From contig JAUCBJ010008203.1 in assembly GCA_032718475.1 (NCBI GenBank), forward strand, positions 1 to 39,921: a stretch of 39,921 nucleotides of DNA, written 5' to 3'. The notes beneath the pieces are model-generated. The model did no database searches. It was not told the origin of the DNA and saw only the letters and a list, made by a program, of their open reading frames with translations. Both the position numbers and the translations under genes were made by a program. Position 1 is the first letter of the stretch. Each line of letters begins with the position of its first letter. Below, piece after piece: positions 1-12,683 of the stretch. Origin of the DNA: Nemertoderma westbladi. Taxonomy: Eukaryota > Animalia > Xenacoelomorpha.

Positions 1-57
1 ATCTAGAAGACATTCTAATTTGGCGGGTTAAACTGCCAAAGGTCTGAAAGCGCGAAC

Positions 58-2808
58 AGGCCTACCGATGTAGATGTATGTGTAGGTCTACCGATGTAGA
101 TGTATTTGTAGGTCTACCGATGTAGATGTATGTGTAGGCCTACCGATGTAGATGTATGTGTAGGCCTACCGATGTAGATGTATGTGTAGGTCTACCGATG
201 TAGATGTATGTGTAGGCCTACCGATGCGATGTAGATGTGTGTGTAGGCCTACCGATGTAGATGTATGTGTAGGCCTACCGATGTAGATGTATGTGTAGGC
301 CTACCGATGTAGATGTATGTGTAGGCCTACCGATGCGATGTAGATGTGTGTGTAGGCCTACCGATGTAGATGTATGTGTAGGTCTACCGATGTAGATGTA
401 TTTGTAGGTCTACCGATGTAGATGTATGTGTAGGTCTACCGATGTAGATGTATGTGTAGGTCTACCGATGTAGATGTATGTGTAGGCCTACCGATGTAGA
501 TGTATGTGTAGGTCTACCGATGTAGATGTATGTGCAGGCCTACCGATGTAGATGTATGTGTAGGTCTACCGATGTAGATGTATGTGTAGGCCTACCGATG
601 TAGATGTATGTGTAGGCCTACCGATGTAGATGTATGTGTAGGCCTACCGATGCGATGTAGATGTGTGTGTAGGCCTACCGATGTAGATGTGTGTGTAGGC
701 CTACCGATGTAGATGTATGTGTAGGTCTACCGATGTAGATGTATTTGTAGGTCTACCGATGTAGATGTATGTGTAGGCCTACCGATGTAGATGTATGTGT
801 AGGCCTACCGATGTAGATGTATGTGTAGGCCTACCGATGTAGATGTATGTGTAGGCCTACCGATGTAGATGTATGTGTAGGCCTACCGATGCGATGTAGA
901 TGTGTGTGTAGGCCTACCGATGTAGATGTATGTGTAGGTCTACCGATGTAGATGTATTTGTAGGTCTACCGATGTAGATGTATGTGTAGGCCTACCGATG
1001 TAGATGTATTTGTAGGTCTACCGATGTAGATGTATGTGTAGGCCTACCGATGTAGATGTATGTGTAGGCCTACCGATGTAGATGTATGTGTAGGCCTACC
1101 GATTTATATGTATGTTTAGGCCTACCGATGTATATGTATGTGTAGGCCTACCGATGTAGATGTATGTGTAGGCCTACCGATGCGATGTAGATGTGTGTGT
1201 AGGCCTACCGATGTAGATGTATGTGTAGGTCTACCGATGTAGATGTATTTGTAGGTCTACCGATGTAGATGTATGTGTAGGCCTACCGATGTAGATGTAT
1301 GTGTAGGTCTACCGATGTAGATGTATGTGTAGGCCTACCGATGTAGATGTATGTGTAGGTCTACCGATGTAGATGTATGTGTAGGCCTTCCGATGTAGAT
1401 GTATGTGTAGGCCTTCCGATGTAGATGTATGTGTAGGCCTACCGATGTAGATGTATGTGTAGGCCTACCGATGCGATGTAGATGTGTGTGTTGTGTAGGC
1501 CTACCGATGTAGATGTATGTGTAGGCCTACCGATGTAGATGTATGTGTAGGCCTACCGATTTATATGTATGTTTAGGCCCATCGATGTAGATGTATGTGT
1601 AGGCCTACCGATGTAAATGTATGTGTAGGCCTACCGATGTATATGTATGTGTATGCCTACCGATGTAGATGTATGTGTAGGCCTACCGATGCGATGTAGA
1701 TGTGTGTGTAGGCCTACCGATGTAGATGTATGTGTAGGCCTACCGATGTAGATGTATGCATAGGCCTACCGATGCGATGTAGATGTGTGTGTAGGCCTAC
1801 CGATGTAGATGTATGTGTAGGCCTTCCGATGTAGATGTATGTGTAGGCCTTCCGATGTAGATGTATGTGTAGGCCTACCGATGTAGATGTATGTGTAGGC
1901 CTACCGATGCGATGTAGATGTGTGTGTTGTGTAGGCGTACCGATGTAGATGTATGTGTAGGCCTACCGATGTAGATGTATGTGTAGGCCTACCGATGTAG
2001 ATGTATGTGTAGGCCTACCGATGCGATGTAGATGTGTGTGTTGTGTAGGCCTACCGATGTAGATGTATGTGTAGGCCTACCGATGTAGATGTATGTGTAG
2101 GCCTACCGATGCGATGTAGATGTGTGTGTTGTGTAGGCCTACCGATGTAGATGTATGTGTAGGCCTACCGATGTAGATGTATGTGTAGGCCTACCGATGT
2201 AGATGTATGTGTAGGCCTACCGATGTAGATGTATGTGTAGGCCTACCGATTTATATGTATGTTTAGGCCTACCGATGTAGATGTATGTGTAGGCCTACCG
2301 ATGTAAATGTATGTGTAGGCCTACCGATGTATATGTATGTGTAGGCCTACCGATGTAGATGTATGTGTAGGCCTACCGATGCGATGTAGATGTGTGTGTA
2401 GGCCTACCGATGTAGATGTATGTGTAGGCCTACCGATGTAGATGTATGCATAGGCCTACCGATGCGATGTAGATGTGTGTGTAGGCCTACCGATGTAGAT
2501 GTATGTGTAGGCCTACCGATGTAGATGTATGTGTAGGCCTACCGATGCGGTGTAGATGTGTGTGTTGTGTAGGCCTACCGATGTAGATGTATGTGTAGGC
2601 CTACCGATGTAGATGTATGTGTAGGCCTACCGATGTAGATGTATGTGTAGGCCTACCGATGTAGATGTATGTGTAGGCCTACCGATGTAGATGTATGTGT
2701 AGGTCTACCGATGTAGATGTATGTGTAGGCCAACCGATGTAGATGTATGTGTAGCCCTACCGATGTAGATGTATGTGTAGGCCTAACGATGTTAAATGTA
2801 TGTGTAGG
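58..2808. repeat. 26-bp minisatellite (AGGCCTACCGATGTAGATGTATGTGT)n, ~100 copies, with 31-bp and 36-bp variant monomers
   Basis: Head-to-tail repeats read directly. Recurrent variants carry an extra GATGC or TTGTG. The array degenerates at ~2730-2820. Confidence 0.97.
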
Positions 2809-2902
2809 CGTATGCGTAGGTATAGGTGTTGTGTTCCCCGAAGATTTACTCCTATATATATATTTTATATATATAATATTTTTTAGATTATATTTCAGCG
2901 AA

Positions 2903-4290
2903 TTTTGTTCCAAATTAAGTGAAGTTATTGTTCCAAATTACAACCATAAATTACAACGAAGTTAGTTCCAGCCCAATTGCATGCCTATGGTTTGTTCCAA
3001 ATTGCATGCCTATGTTTTTTAAAAATTGCATGCCTATTGTTTGTTCCAAATTGCATGCCTATGGTTTGTTCGATATTGCATGCCATGGTTTGTTCCAAAT
3101 TGCATGCCTATGGTTTGTTCCAAATTACACGCCTTATGGTTTGTTCCAAATTGCATGCCTATGGTTTGTTCCAAATTGCATGCCTATGGTTTGTTCCAAA
3201 TTGCACGCCTATGGTTTGTTCCAAATTGCACGCCTATGGTTTGTTCCAAATTGCATGCCTATGGTTTGTTCCAAATTGCATGCCTATGTTTTTTTTACAA
3301 ATTGCATGCCTATTGTTTGTTCCAAATTGCATGCCTATGGTTTGTTCGATATTGCATGCCATGGTTTGTTCCAAATTGCATGCCTATGGTTTGTTCCAAA
3401 TTGCACGCCTTATGGTTTGTTCCAAATTGCATGCCTATGGTTTGTTCCAAATTGGATGCCTATGGTTTGTTCCAAATTGCATGCCTATGGTTTGTTCCAA
3501 ATTGCACGCCTATGGTTTGTTCCAAATTGCGCGCCTATGGTTTGTTCGATATTGCATGCCATGGTTTGTTCCAAATTGCATGCCTATGGTTTGTTCCAAA
3601 TTGCACGCCTTATGGTTTGTTCCAAATTGCATGCCTATGGTTTGTTCCAAATTGGATGCCTATGGTTTGTTCCAAATTGCATGCCTATGGTTTGTTCCAA
3701 ATTGCACGCCTATGGTTTGTTCCAAATTGCATGCCTATGGTTTGTTCCAAATTGCATGCCATGGTTTGTTCCAAATTGCATGCCTATGGTTTGTTCCAAA
3801 TTGCACGCCTATGGTTTGTTCCAAATTGCATGCCTATGGTTTGTTCCAAATTGCATGCCATGGTTTGTTCCAAATTGCATGCCTATGGTTTGTTCCTAAT
3901 TGCATGCCTATGGTTTGTTCCAAATTGCACGCCTATGGTTTGTTCCAAATTACATGCCTATGGTTTGTTCCAAATTGCATGCCATGGTTTGTTCCAAATT
4001 GCATGCCTATGGTTTGTTCCTAATTGCATGCCTATGGTTTGTTCCAAATTGCAAGCCTATGGTTTGTTCCAAATTGCATGCCTATGGTTTGTTCCAAATT
4101 GCATGCCTATGGTTTGTTCCTAATTGCATGCCTATGGTTTGTTCCAAATTGCAAGCCTATGGTTTGTTCTAAATTGCATGCCTATGGTTTGTTCCAAATT
4201 GCAGGCCTATTTCCAAATTGCAGCTAGATTTATTCCAAATTGCAGCTAGGTTTATTTCAAATTGCAGTTAGGTTATTACTTAATTACAGC
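2903..4290. repeat. 25-bp minisatellite (TTGTTCCAAATTGCATGCCTATGGT)n, ~50 copies, with diverged edge monomers
   Basis: Period of 25 read directly, which explains the 25-aa periodicity of the ORFs. Homogeneous core ~2975-4210; degenerate monomers at 2903-2975 and 4210-4290. Confidence 0.97.
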
Positions 4291-5966
4291 TCATTTTCAA
4301 GCAATAACAGATTAAACTAACAAATTTAACAATGAAGATTTGCACGTTGATATAAGAAAATCAACAATCTAACAATCCATCAACCAAGAATCTCTCAAGA
4401 TCAAATGACTTCCTCATAAGACGACATCAATTGATTCCGATTGAAGCTACCGCCCGTGGCGTCGTGTCGAAATTTCTCCACATTATATCAAATAATATCC
4501 TTTGTAACCCTTGTCCATCGATCAATGTTAAGATATTTACAGCAGGCCGATTCCCTGAATGCTGAGCTGAAATGAAATGCACTACAATCGATAGCTTTGT
4601 GTTACTTCTAACTGAAAGAACTGCACAAATAGGTTCAGTGCCTGTGTTTGAAAACTACAGAGGGGCTTGTCTCTTGGTTACCAGCATTAAAGCGGCAATA
4701 AACAATTTTATCCTTGAAAGATTTTCCATGGGTTGAAATAATTAAGGATGTTTTCAGCTCGCTGTTGTTATCGAGAAAGCGTAAGTAATACATACTCGCG
4801 TGCTACGATATCAAGGGAGCATCAATGTTTGTTTGTAATGTACCATGCGGCGTTAACGGGATCTGTAGCAAGATGCAATAATGCTTTCAATGCCAAGTTA
4901 AACATTTTTAACTTCTAATTCTACCACTGGACAATTTTTCATGTGAAATTTGTATAGACTGAAAGTATTTTTCAGGACTGCATTATGTCCTCAGTTTCTT
5001 TCCTTGTTCAATAAACGAATACAAGTACTTAACTTACTTGACGTTTCCATCTTAAGCTATAAGGACCCTGTGTTGCCAATACCTCTTCATCTACTTTATT
5101 CACCGTACCCCTACTTTTTATATCATTGATACAAATCAGGGGCCAATTTAGTTAATATGGTCTGAAAAAATTACGCTTTTATTTCCTTTAACAACAAAAC
5201 AATTCAATTAATTAGTAAATTGCGCAGTCCATTGCACTTAATTACATGTTATATATGCTATATTTCTTAAAGGCTACGATTTACTTCAACACCAAAAAAA
5301 ATCAACTTCTCCACCAAATAAATTAACCTTTGCACCAGGATCGCTTTCCACCAAATATTTTGTAATTGGTTCTAATTAGCTATAACTAACTTTCGTCAAG
5401 CGAAACCCAAGACAAAATGTGTCTTCAACCCTAAACCTAACTGGAAACCTGGTTTTCAACCCTACCTGGAGCCAATATGGCCAATTAAAGTCAATTGACC
5501 CTTCAGGTTCAGGGGGACCCTAACCAGGGCCATAGACAGACCTTCTTCAAATATTATAGTGATATGATAACTGATTAATGATTAAATAAATAACTCTTTA
5601 AACTCAGTATCTTATAGTATACTATGTATTTTAACTTTTGGTATATTTATAGTGTATTTTATAAGTATTTTAACTAAGTATTTTATATTTCGGGTGTATT
5701 TAACAGGCTCTTTTAATAACTTCTTCAACGAATGGCCTTAATGAACAGCCGTCTTGGATTAATAATGGAGTAACTGTATAGTACTGTATGTAAGAACCTT
5801 ATTCAGAACCTTATTCTATTTTATCTCCATTAACATATTTATATTTTAATGTACGTCCTTTTACTGTGTATTTCCCTACACATTTCGGGTAATAATTTCG
5901 TTAATATTTTGATTGTTGCTGGGAATGGATAATTAAATTCGTACAGTAAGTACGAATTTAAATCGT

Positions 5967-6086
5967 TCATAATTAATCTATTGTAATTTTTATTTAAATC
6001 CGTGTAATCTAGTAATCTGTGTAATCTAGTAATCCGTATCATAATTAATCTATTGTAATTTTTATTTAAATCCGTGTAATCTAGTA
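5967..6086. repeat. ~48-bp local direct duplication
   Basis: TCATAATTAATCTATTGTAATTTTTATTTAAATCCGTGTAATCTAGTA occurs at 5967 and 6039. Confidence 0.85.
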
Positions 6087-6359
6087 GGTACGAATTCAAA
6101 CCGAATCTAACTCATTTATTTTATTTCGTATGTAACTTCGTGTAATCTTTATATCGATGATTGTGTATTTGTGATACTCTGCCATGCCAATCAATACCAT
6201 ACCGACCATACTACAATCCCCCACAGCTCTATACTAAATGTTATATTACTCCGACCACTCCCCTCGAACACATTCCTACTCCATTTTACACACGCCTACT
6301 AACCACACATTTACCACTACCGACAGACAATTACCACACCGACCATACCGATAACCTCC

Positions 6360-6690
6360 TCGCCTTAAGGGGACCCTCATGAAAACGAGACCATGTCTCT
6401 TGGGGCTATCCCCGACATCATCTAGACTCACACTCACCATGCAAAACTTACCTATTACTCAACCACCTCTTACACAGGAAACGCTGACCACAAATTGCCA
6501 ACGAAATGCACTCTGACAACACACTAACATTATAGCCTAACAAACTGTCTCAATTTATTTGATGCATTAACCATAACTACTGTATAATGGATTATCTTGT
6601 TATCTTGTTCCTTCCGGTAATGTTTAATTATGCAGATTTACTTTACTTATTTGATGTCAATTAAACAATTTCAATTTCAATTTCATTTCT
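6360..6690 (+). mobile_element. Probable 3' end of a CR1/L2-type LINE (or LINE-tailed SINE)
   Basis: GGGACCCTCATGAAAACGAGACCATGTCTCTTGGGGCTATCCC stem-loop resembles L2-type 3' UTR structures. ATTAAA is followed by an (ATTTCA)n-like tail at ~6660-6690. No ORF remains. Confidence 0.35.
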
Positions 6691-7029
6691 AACATTTGGT
6701 GGTAAAGTGAGGTTTATTTGGTGTTATCTAACTAAAGGTAAGGTATCGAATTAGGTGTGCAAATAATTTGTTGCGTATCTTGAATATTATAGACTCATTA
6801 CCACTATTGCGGATGGATATTATTTCATTTATTGCATATTACATAACTACGCGCTGTCACAGTAAATATTTAAAAAGTACCGAGAGTAAAGATACAGTAA
6901 AGAGCCACTACATTTGCGAAACCATTCAAGTTCACAAGTACAAGTCTCCGAACGGTATTCTGATTCAATATAATTTTATTTATATAATACATTTTTGTTT
7001 CAATCGAAATCAATGAGGTTCCATGAAAA

Positions 7030-7354
7030 GATCCGAGTATTATTGCATGACTCTCTTTGTTATGGTATGTCCTTGAGGATGGGATGAATGAGTTCCATTC
7101 GGCTTAGCTATATTTTCGGTTGAACTTTATATCCGAGCAGCCGGAAGTAAAGACCAGAGCAAACAAAGAGAGATTTCCTTATGGAAGGGACACCCATCAT
7201 GCCCAATTTGGAGAACTATCCGTATAGAGCAGGCAGAGTAGCAGATGCAGTGGGATAATCCATTATATAATACATTCATAATTCTGGTAACGTAATGGAT
7301 GACCTGAGTATCCAATGCATATTAGGTACAACAACAACTACATTACTACTTATT
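7030..7354. repeat. Dispersed repeat, copy 1 of 2 (homologous to 9557-9818)
   Basis: Long shared blocks, e.g. CCTTATGGAAGGGACACC and GAGAACTATCCGTATAGAGCAGGCAGAGTAGCAGATGCAGTGGGAT, in the same orientation as copy 2. Confidence 0.9.
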
Positions 7355-7440
7355 TTTTATGTCGTAGTCTGTGTCAAGCCCACATATAAAAGCCTGAAAG
7401 TAGGAAAGGTAACAGGGTAACAGGGTAACAGGGACAATAT

Positions 7441-9168
7441 GTTTCTAATAGGTCGACCCAAAAACAACTAAGCTGGAGAAACACCTGTTACCAAATGTAG
7501 GGTGTACCTGTATGTAAACAAAAATTCGTCAACGAGTTTGGTAATATCTGATGACTTTCTATCTTGGAGTGGCTTCTTTAAAGTTTCTCAGTTTGAACAG
7601 TTTTCTCTGCTAGACCATTCGTTGATGGATGAAAGGTGGTGTAGGCTTATAAATTGTTCCAATTGACTGAATAAATTTAGCAAAAGTGACTTAAATTGCG
7701 CACCATTATCACTCACAATAACCTTCATATCATATCTTGTAAACCATGTTTTTAACATAGCTATTGTTTTCGCACTATCACTCTGGTTGGGAGCAGTGAT
7801 ACCAATTTTTCAACCCATTTAGAATGGCTATCAACTAAAATTAGTAGAGCCTTTTCCCGAAAGTTTGGAGCACAATCAATATGGACCACATCCCATGGAA
7901 AATCTGACAACGCCCATGGAATTATTTCCACTCTAGGAGGAGCTTGTCGAAGTTCCTGACAAATATCACAATTGATGGATCGACTTTCAATATCTTTATC
8001 AATACCAGGCCACCAGCAATATCCACGTGCCAGCTGTTTCATTCGCACGATGCCTGGATGATTTCTGTGTATTTCATCAAGAACATACAAATGTAAAGAG
8101 CTGGGAACAACTACTCTACGTCCCCATAAGAGTGTGTCGTCATGTAATGTTAGTTCATGTTGTTTAGTAAAGTATGGCTTAAGATCTTCATGGGAACATT
8201 TATCGTTTCAACCATTTTGTACCTTATTGCGAACATCTCAAAGCAATTTATCTTTCGCATACTCTTCAGCAAGAATATTAGAATTAACTGGAAGAGTGTG
8301 AATCGGTTTATACAATGTTTTGTTGCTGGATCAATTTTACTCTTGCTGACACCATTTACAGGTAAACGACTAAGTGCATCTGCATTAAGATGAAGTAATC
8401 CCTTCTTATATTGTATATTGTAGCAATATTGACTGAGTAGAAAGCCCCAACGTCGTAGTCTTGCACTTGCTACTGGAGGAAGGGCTTATATTTCCCCAAA
8501 AATCCGAATCAATGGTCTATCAGTCACTAGTGCAAATTTTCGTCCATACAAATATTTGTGAAATTTTGATACTCCATAGACAAGTGACAATGCTTCTTTG
8601 TCGATTTGGGAATAATTTATTTCAGCTTTAGTTAATGCTTTATGACCATAAGCAATTGGTTTCTCCCACCATCATTGTTTATAGTTGATAACACAACCCC
8701 AAGCCCTGATGGACTTGCATCACAAGCCAAAATTAATGGTTAATTAGAATTATAGAAAGCTAGAATCGGTGTTTGAGTAATCAACTCTTTAATTTCATTA
8801 AATGCCAGATTAGCTTCTGAGGACCAAGTGGAGTGGAGTTAAGTTAAGTGGTTAAGTGGAGTTGAAACGGTCGCTAAATCTGCACAAAATTTTCCATAAT
8901 AATGCACAAATCCTACAAATGAACGCAATTCTGATTTTGTTCTCGGGGGAACGCATTCCAAACTGCAGCTACTTTCTCTATGTCTGTCACAACACTTTGA
9001 TTCGAAATAATATGACCCATATACTTGAGTTTAGTAGCTCCAATCTCACATTTCTGTCTATTCAAACGACAGACACAATTCTGAAGTGCTTCAAATACTT
9101 TATCAGTAATATAAAATAGCACTTCCTCACTTCCTCAGATTCAGCACCAATGAAAATGTCATCGATGA
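7441..9168 (-). pseudogene. pol: Degraded Ty3/Gypsy (Mag/K02A2.6-like) pol: RT 3' part, RNase H and integrase, with stops and frameshifts
   Basis: Minus-strand motifs: IDDIFIG (~9145-9166, RT YxDD); LN..KC..YMGH (8913-9122); ACDAS, YSQIDKEAL and NADALSRLP (RNase H, ~8365-8735); H..HPGIVRMKQLARGYCWWPGIDKDI..C..C and VHID (7761-8090); VSDNGAQF; PFHPSTNGLAEK; TGVSPA*LFLGRPIRN (7441-7495). Confidence 0.9.
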
Positions 9169-9169
9169 T

Positions 9170-9379
9170 CACTTTCTACCAAGAAATGTCTTGGTCCTCT
9201 TACTTCTTTTACAGTCCCAACAACACGACGTCCCTTCAAATTCTGACCAACTTCCAGACGAACTGTATCCTCCACTTTCAACATAGGTTTGGGTATTACT
9301 ACTTCTGATTTCTTGATCTCTTTTCTTATACGATCTGCCATCAGCGACAAGTTGTTTCTAATTGGTCGACCCAAAAACA
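9170..9379 (-). pseudogene. Gypsy integrase C-terminal fragment
   Basis: LFLGRPIRN...KVEDTVRL...VVGTVKEVRGPRHFLVE resembles the GRxIRT to GPxSYxV C-terminal region of Mag-like integrases. It shares ~27 bp with 7441-7468. Confidence 0.7.
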
Positions 9380-9409
9380 ATACAAAGAAATACAATACAA
9401 TAAAAAGTA

Positions 9410-9493
9410 CAGCTAGTTTTATTATGAATATTATAGTAACTGCTGTACTGGTAGAGTACACAGTTACTATAAGATTCATAATAAAACTAGCTG
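9410..9493. mobile_element. 84-bp fold-back mini-MITE with CAG...CTG ends and TA flanks (Tc1/mariner-like)
   Basis: Near-perfect ~41-bp stem with a 7-nt loop (9407-9496): TA|CAGCTAGTTTT...AAAACTAGCTG|TA. Confidence 0.6.
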
Positions 9494-9556
9494 TACCGTC
9501 TGTCTGCACTGTACATAAAAAAAGACAGTACAGTTTATAACAACGGGGAGGGGAAT

Positions 9557-9818
9557 GATCCGAATAGTATTATTGCATGAAGTCCTTGAGGATGGGATGA
9601 ATAAGTTCCTTTCGGCTTAGCATTATTTTCGGTTGACCTTTACATCCTAGCAGCAGGAAGTAAATACCAGAGGAAATAAAGAGAGATTCCCTTATGGAAG
9701 GGACACCAAGCATGTCCAATTTTGAGAACTATCCGTATAGAGCAGGCAGAGTAGCAGATGCAGTGGGATTGTTCTCATAATCCCGGTAACGTAATGGATG
9801 TCTGCATTACTACTTATT
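9557..9818. repeat. Dispersed repeat, copy 2, flanked by a 26-bp direct duplication (possible TSD)
   Basis: Homologous to 7030-7354. GTTTATAACAACGGGGA(G/A)GGGAATGA occurs at 9533-9558 and 9819-9844 (25/26 identical). Confidence 0.85.
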
Positions 9819-10057
9819 GTTTATAACAACGGGGAAGGGAATGAAATTTCTCCATTACAGATGAGGAAAATTATATTATCATCCTATTGAGATCATGGAA
9901 TGAGAAAGTATAGTATTCTCTGAATTTATTCTAACAGGAGATAATCTTGTTTTGGCATTGCGCGCCTTTAACTTATCCGCTGCATGTTAATAGGAGGTTC
10001 ATTCACTTGAGATTAATTTTCACTGCTCAGCAGGATATTATTACTCCATACCTTGTT

Positions 10058-10983
10058 TGTTATAGAAGTTTCTTACCGTAGAGTACGTAGAGCCATAAGA
10101 AAGTAGGATTCGCCAGGTTTCTGTATGAATTTATGAGGTGAGAGTGGCTGTGGTAAAACTAAGTGGCAGGATCCACCGCCATAAATGTAAGTTTCTTTTA
10201 ATAAATGGAATTGTAAAGATTTGAGTGAAAGAGAAAATAAAGAAAAATCCAAAACAGAACATCGGCCAGAAAACGATAGGACCGCCTGTCTGATAAGCGA
10301 CAATTCCAGAATGTATAGTGACTCACGATTCTAGGAAGACTCGCCAATACGGGTTGAGATGCACTATAGTGTAAGCGAGACTACCTTGCAACATTATAGT
10401 GTAGGTGCGTGTACCACGCCGCCACAATGGCCCACAGTGTTCTCCATCGGGTGTTACCAGAACGTGTAGACAGAGGCCCACATAAAGGCGTACCCATGGT
10501 AACGTCTCAGTACTCTAGTCCCGTACGCAGTAGTGGCAGTTAACGCGGGAGATGAACCCATGAGGAAACCTCTCGAGAAGGGTATTCCACAGCGAGAACG
10601 AATATTAGAAGTATTATAACGGAGGACTGGCTGCTCGCGATAGAAACATCCTGAGTTAATCCGTCGCAGAATAAATGAGTGTGAATTAAATGATGGAAGA
10701 TAAAATTGACGGAGATTAAACCATCGGAAAATTCCGATGTATTTCGTTGATGGCTGCTGTGATTGAGCGCCGTGCAGGATCAACAAGTTGGCTAGGAGAT
10801 GGGTGGTAAAAGACGCATACAGTAGTAAAACTTGAATTAATGTAAAGGAACAAAGGTTAAAATGAAAATGTAATATAATTTTTACTAACCTAGATTTTAC
10901 CTTTTATATAAATTGCTGTGTGCACCATGATCCGTTTTCTGATGACCTCTGATTTCTGATGTCCACGGCTACGTTTCTTAACA
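10058..10983 (-). mobile_element. Possible solo LTR
   Basis: TGTTA...TAACA inverted termini. On the minus strand, TATAAAA at 10902-10908 and ATTAAA at 10197-10202 are in U3-R-U5 order. More GC-rich than the flanks. No matching TSD seen. Confidence 0.3.
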
Positions 10984-12683
10984 CGCGCAGTACCATTTAT
11001 TTGGGTCAAAGGTGACTCAAAACTAACCTACTATAACTACTAAATTAGCAGTTATGGAACCCTCGTTCTATGGACTTGCAAGTAAGAGTGATTGAATAAT
11101 TTTCAGATTAAAAAATTTATATCACCCCTTATAGAATTTGACATATTTGCGATTCAACTTTCCCCTTGAGTTCTTTCATTTGGGTCACTTTCGACCCTGA
11201 ATTGAAAAACATACATGAAGTAGGATAAGTGTTCTGATTTCAATCAATCAGAACACTGATTGCAGAACATGTCCTGTATATACTTTATCACAATACCTGA
11301 CTTTTCACAAATTTGTCCTAATTTTACTACAAGAATACCCTGACATTTGCCTGACATTTTAGCGCCCCTAGGTGAGTGCGGTGAACGCCCCCCCCCCCCC
11401 CCCCCCCCATCGCTAAGCCTCTGACTGATAGTTGATAGGTATATTATCCTAAAATTGACTTTCGATCTATTGTTAGTGAACCAAACTATTGGGGGTTGAG
11501 CTGCTATATCTTCTTAGGGCAGGGCCATTGTTTTCTTTTTGATGGAAGGCCATGCATTCCGGAGATCATAAAGTCCCTCAATAAATCCCGTTTTAATAAA
11601 CCTAAAAACGCCCCCATTCATGAAAATAAAAATTTTATTGTATGACTTCATCAGTGTCAACGCACCCTTAATTCAGCGTTAGTCTTCTACAGAAGTTAAA
11701 TTTCTCTCATGACTGTTACTTGCGTTTGAGTTAATGCAATTTACGTAGTGTTCTTGATAAGCTGCACATTGTTGCTTAGCTATACAATATCAATGTGGGT
11801 GTGTTACTGTGGTGGTCACTACTGGTCGGGCACTCGATTTTCAGCAAAGGTTGCTGTCCTTTTGAATAATGTGGTGGTTGCCTTATGATCGTGGACTTTT
11901 AGGGTATTTCATAAACCCCCAATTTGTCAACCGAGTTTAGTACCTTGTTATCCTACAGACAGTAGGCATTACCAGTCTTATTAGTATTTATTGTGATATA
12001 CATCGATACAAATGATGCCACCACTGTGAGACACAATGATACCGGTTTCAGTTCAATACAGCAATGTATATAGTACGAACCTAACATCACCTATGTATTG
12101 TGACAGATTCCAACAATTAATGATGTAATAATAATGCGTTAAATTAATATTAGGCAGATATGAAAAGTAACTATTTATGTTTCTTTTTCGTAAATGGAAT
12201 TATTAAATTTATTTAACAGGGAAATAAAAGTAATGGCTCATTTATCTTTATCGTTGCGTTCAATAATTAATATGATACAATTATCATAATAGACAAGACA
12301 TTGAATTGTGCAAACGAAAATATTGATAAAACCCAGTGATACCTTGCAGGTACGAATCACTTCGGATACTTTTTGCTCCGGGAAAGGTGTGGTACGAGTA
12401 ATCGCTTACTTTGATCGATCTTGTATTTCCTTTGTGAAGCCAGTTGACTATGTTCCATAGAGTGATAGGGATAACAATTAATTTAACTTAACTTATCAAC
12501 GAATTTTTAATTTTTTTAATTTTTTATTAAAAATTATATTTCAGTCTTTTTTACAATAATAAATAAATTTACGTATACAGTGCTAATAAAGTTAGACAAG
12601 CTAACATACTTACATTCAGAATAATTATGATTTACGGTATCAATGATTGCGTCTTTCGTTTGTGATTGCATTCTCTCAATTAC

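Noticed and set aside
2919-4227. Cys-rich ORFs of 326-365 aa
   Set aside because: The 25-bp unit cycles through all frames, giving the same peptide in all three. Artefact of the repeat.
5427-5468. Telomere-like CCCTAA motifs
   Set aside because: Only 2-3 degenerate units, not an array.
12353-12389. Possible micro-exon (TTGCAG|...TNHFGYFLL, reminiscent of the SDR NHLGHFLL motif)
   Set aside because: Weak donor site, too short, and no other exons identified.
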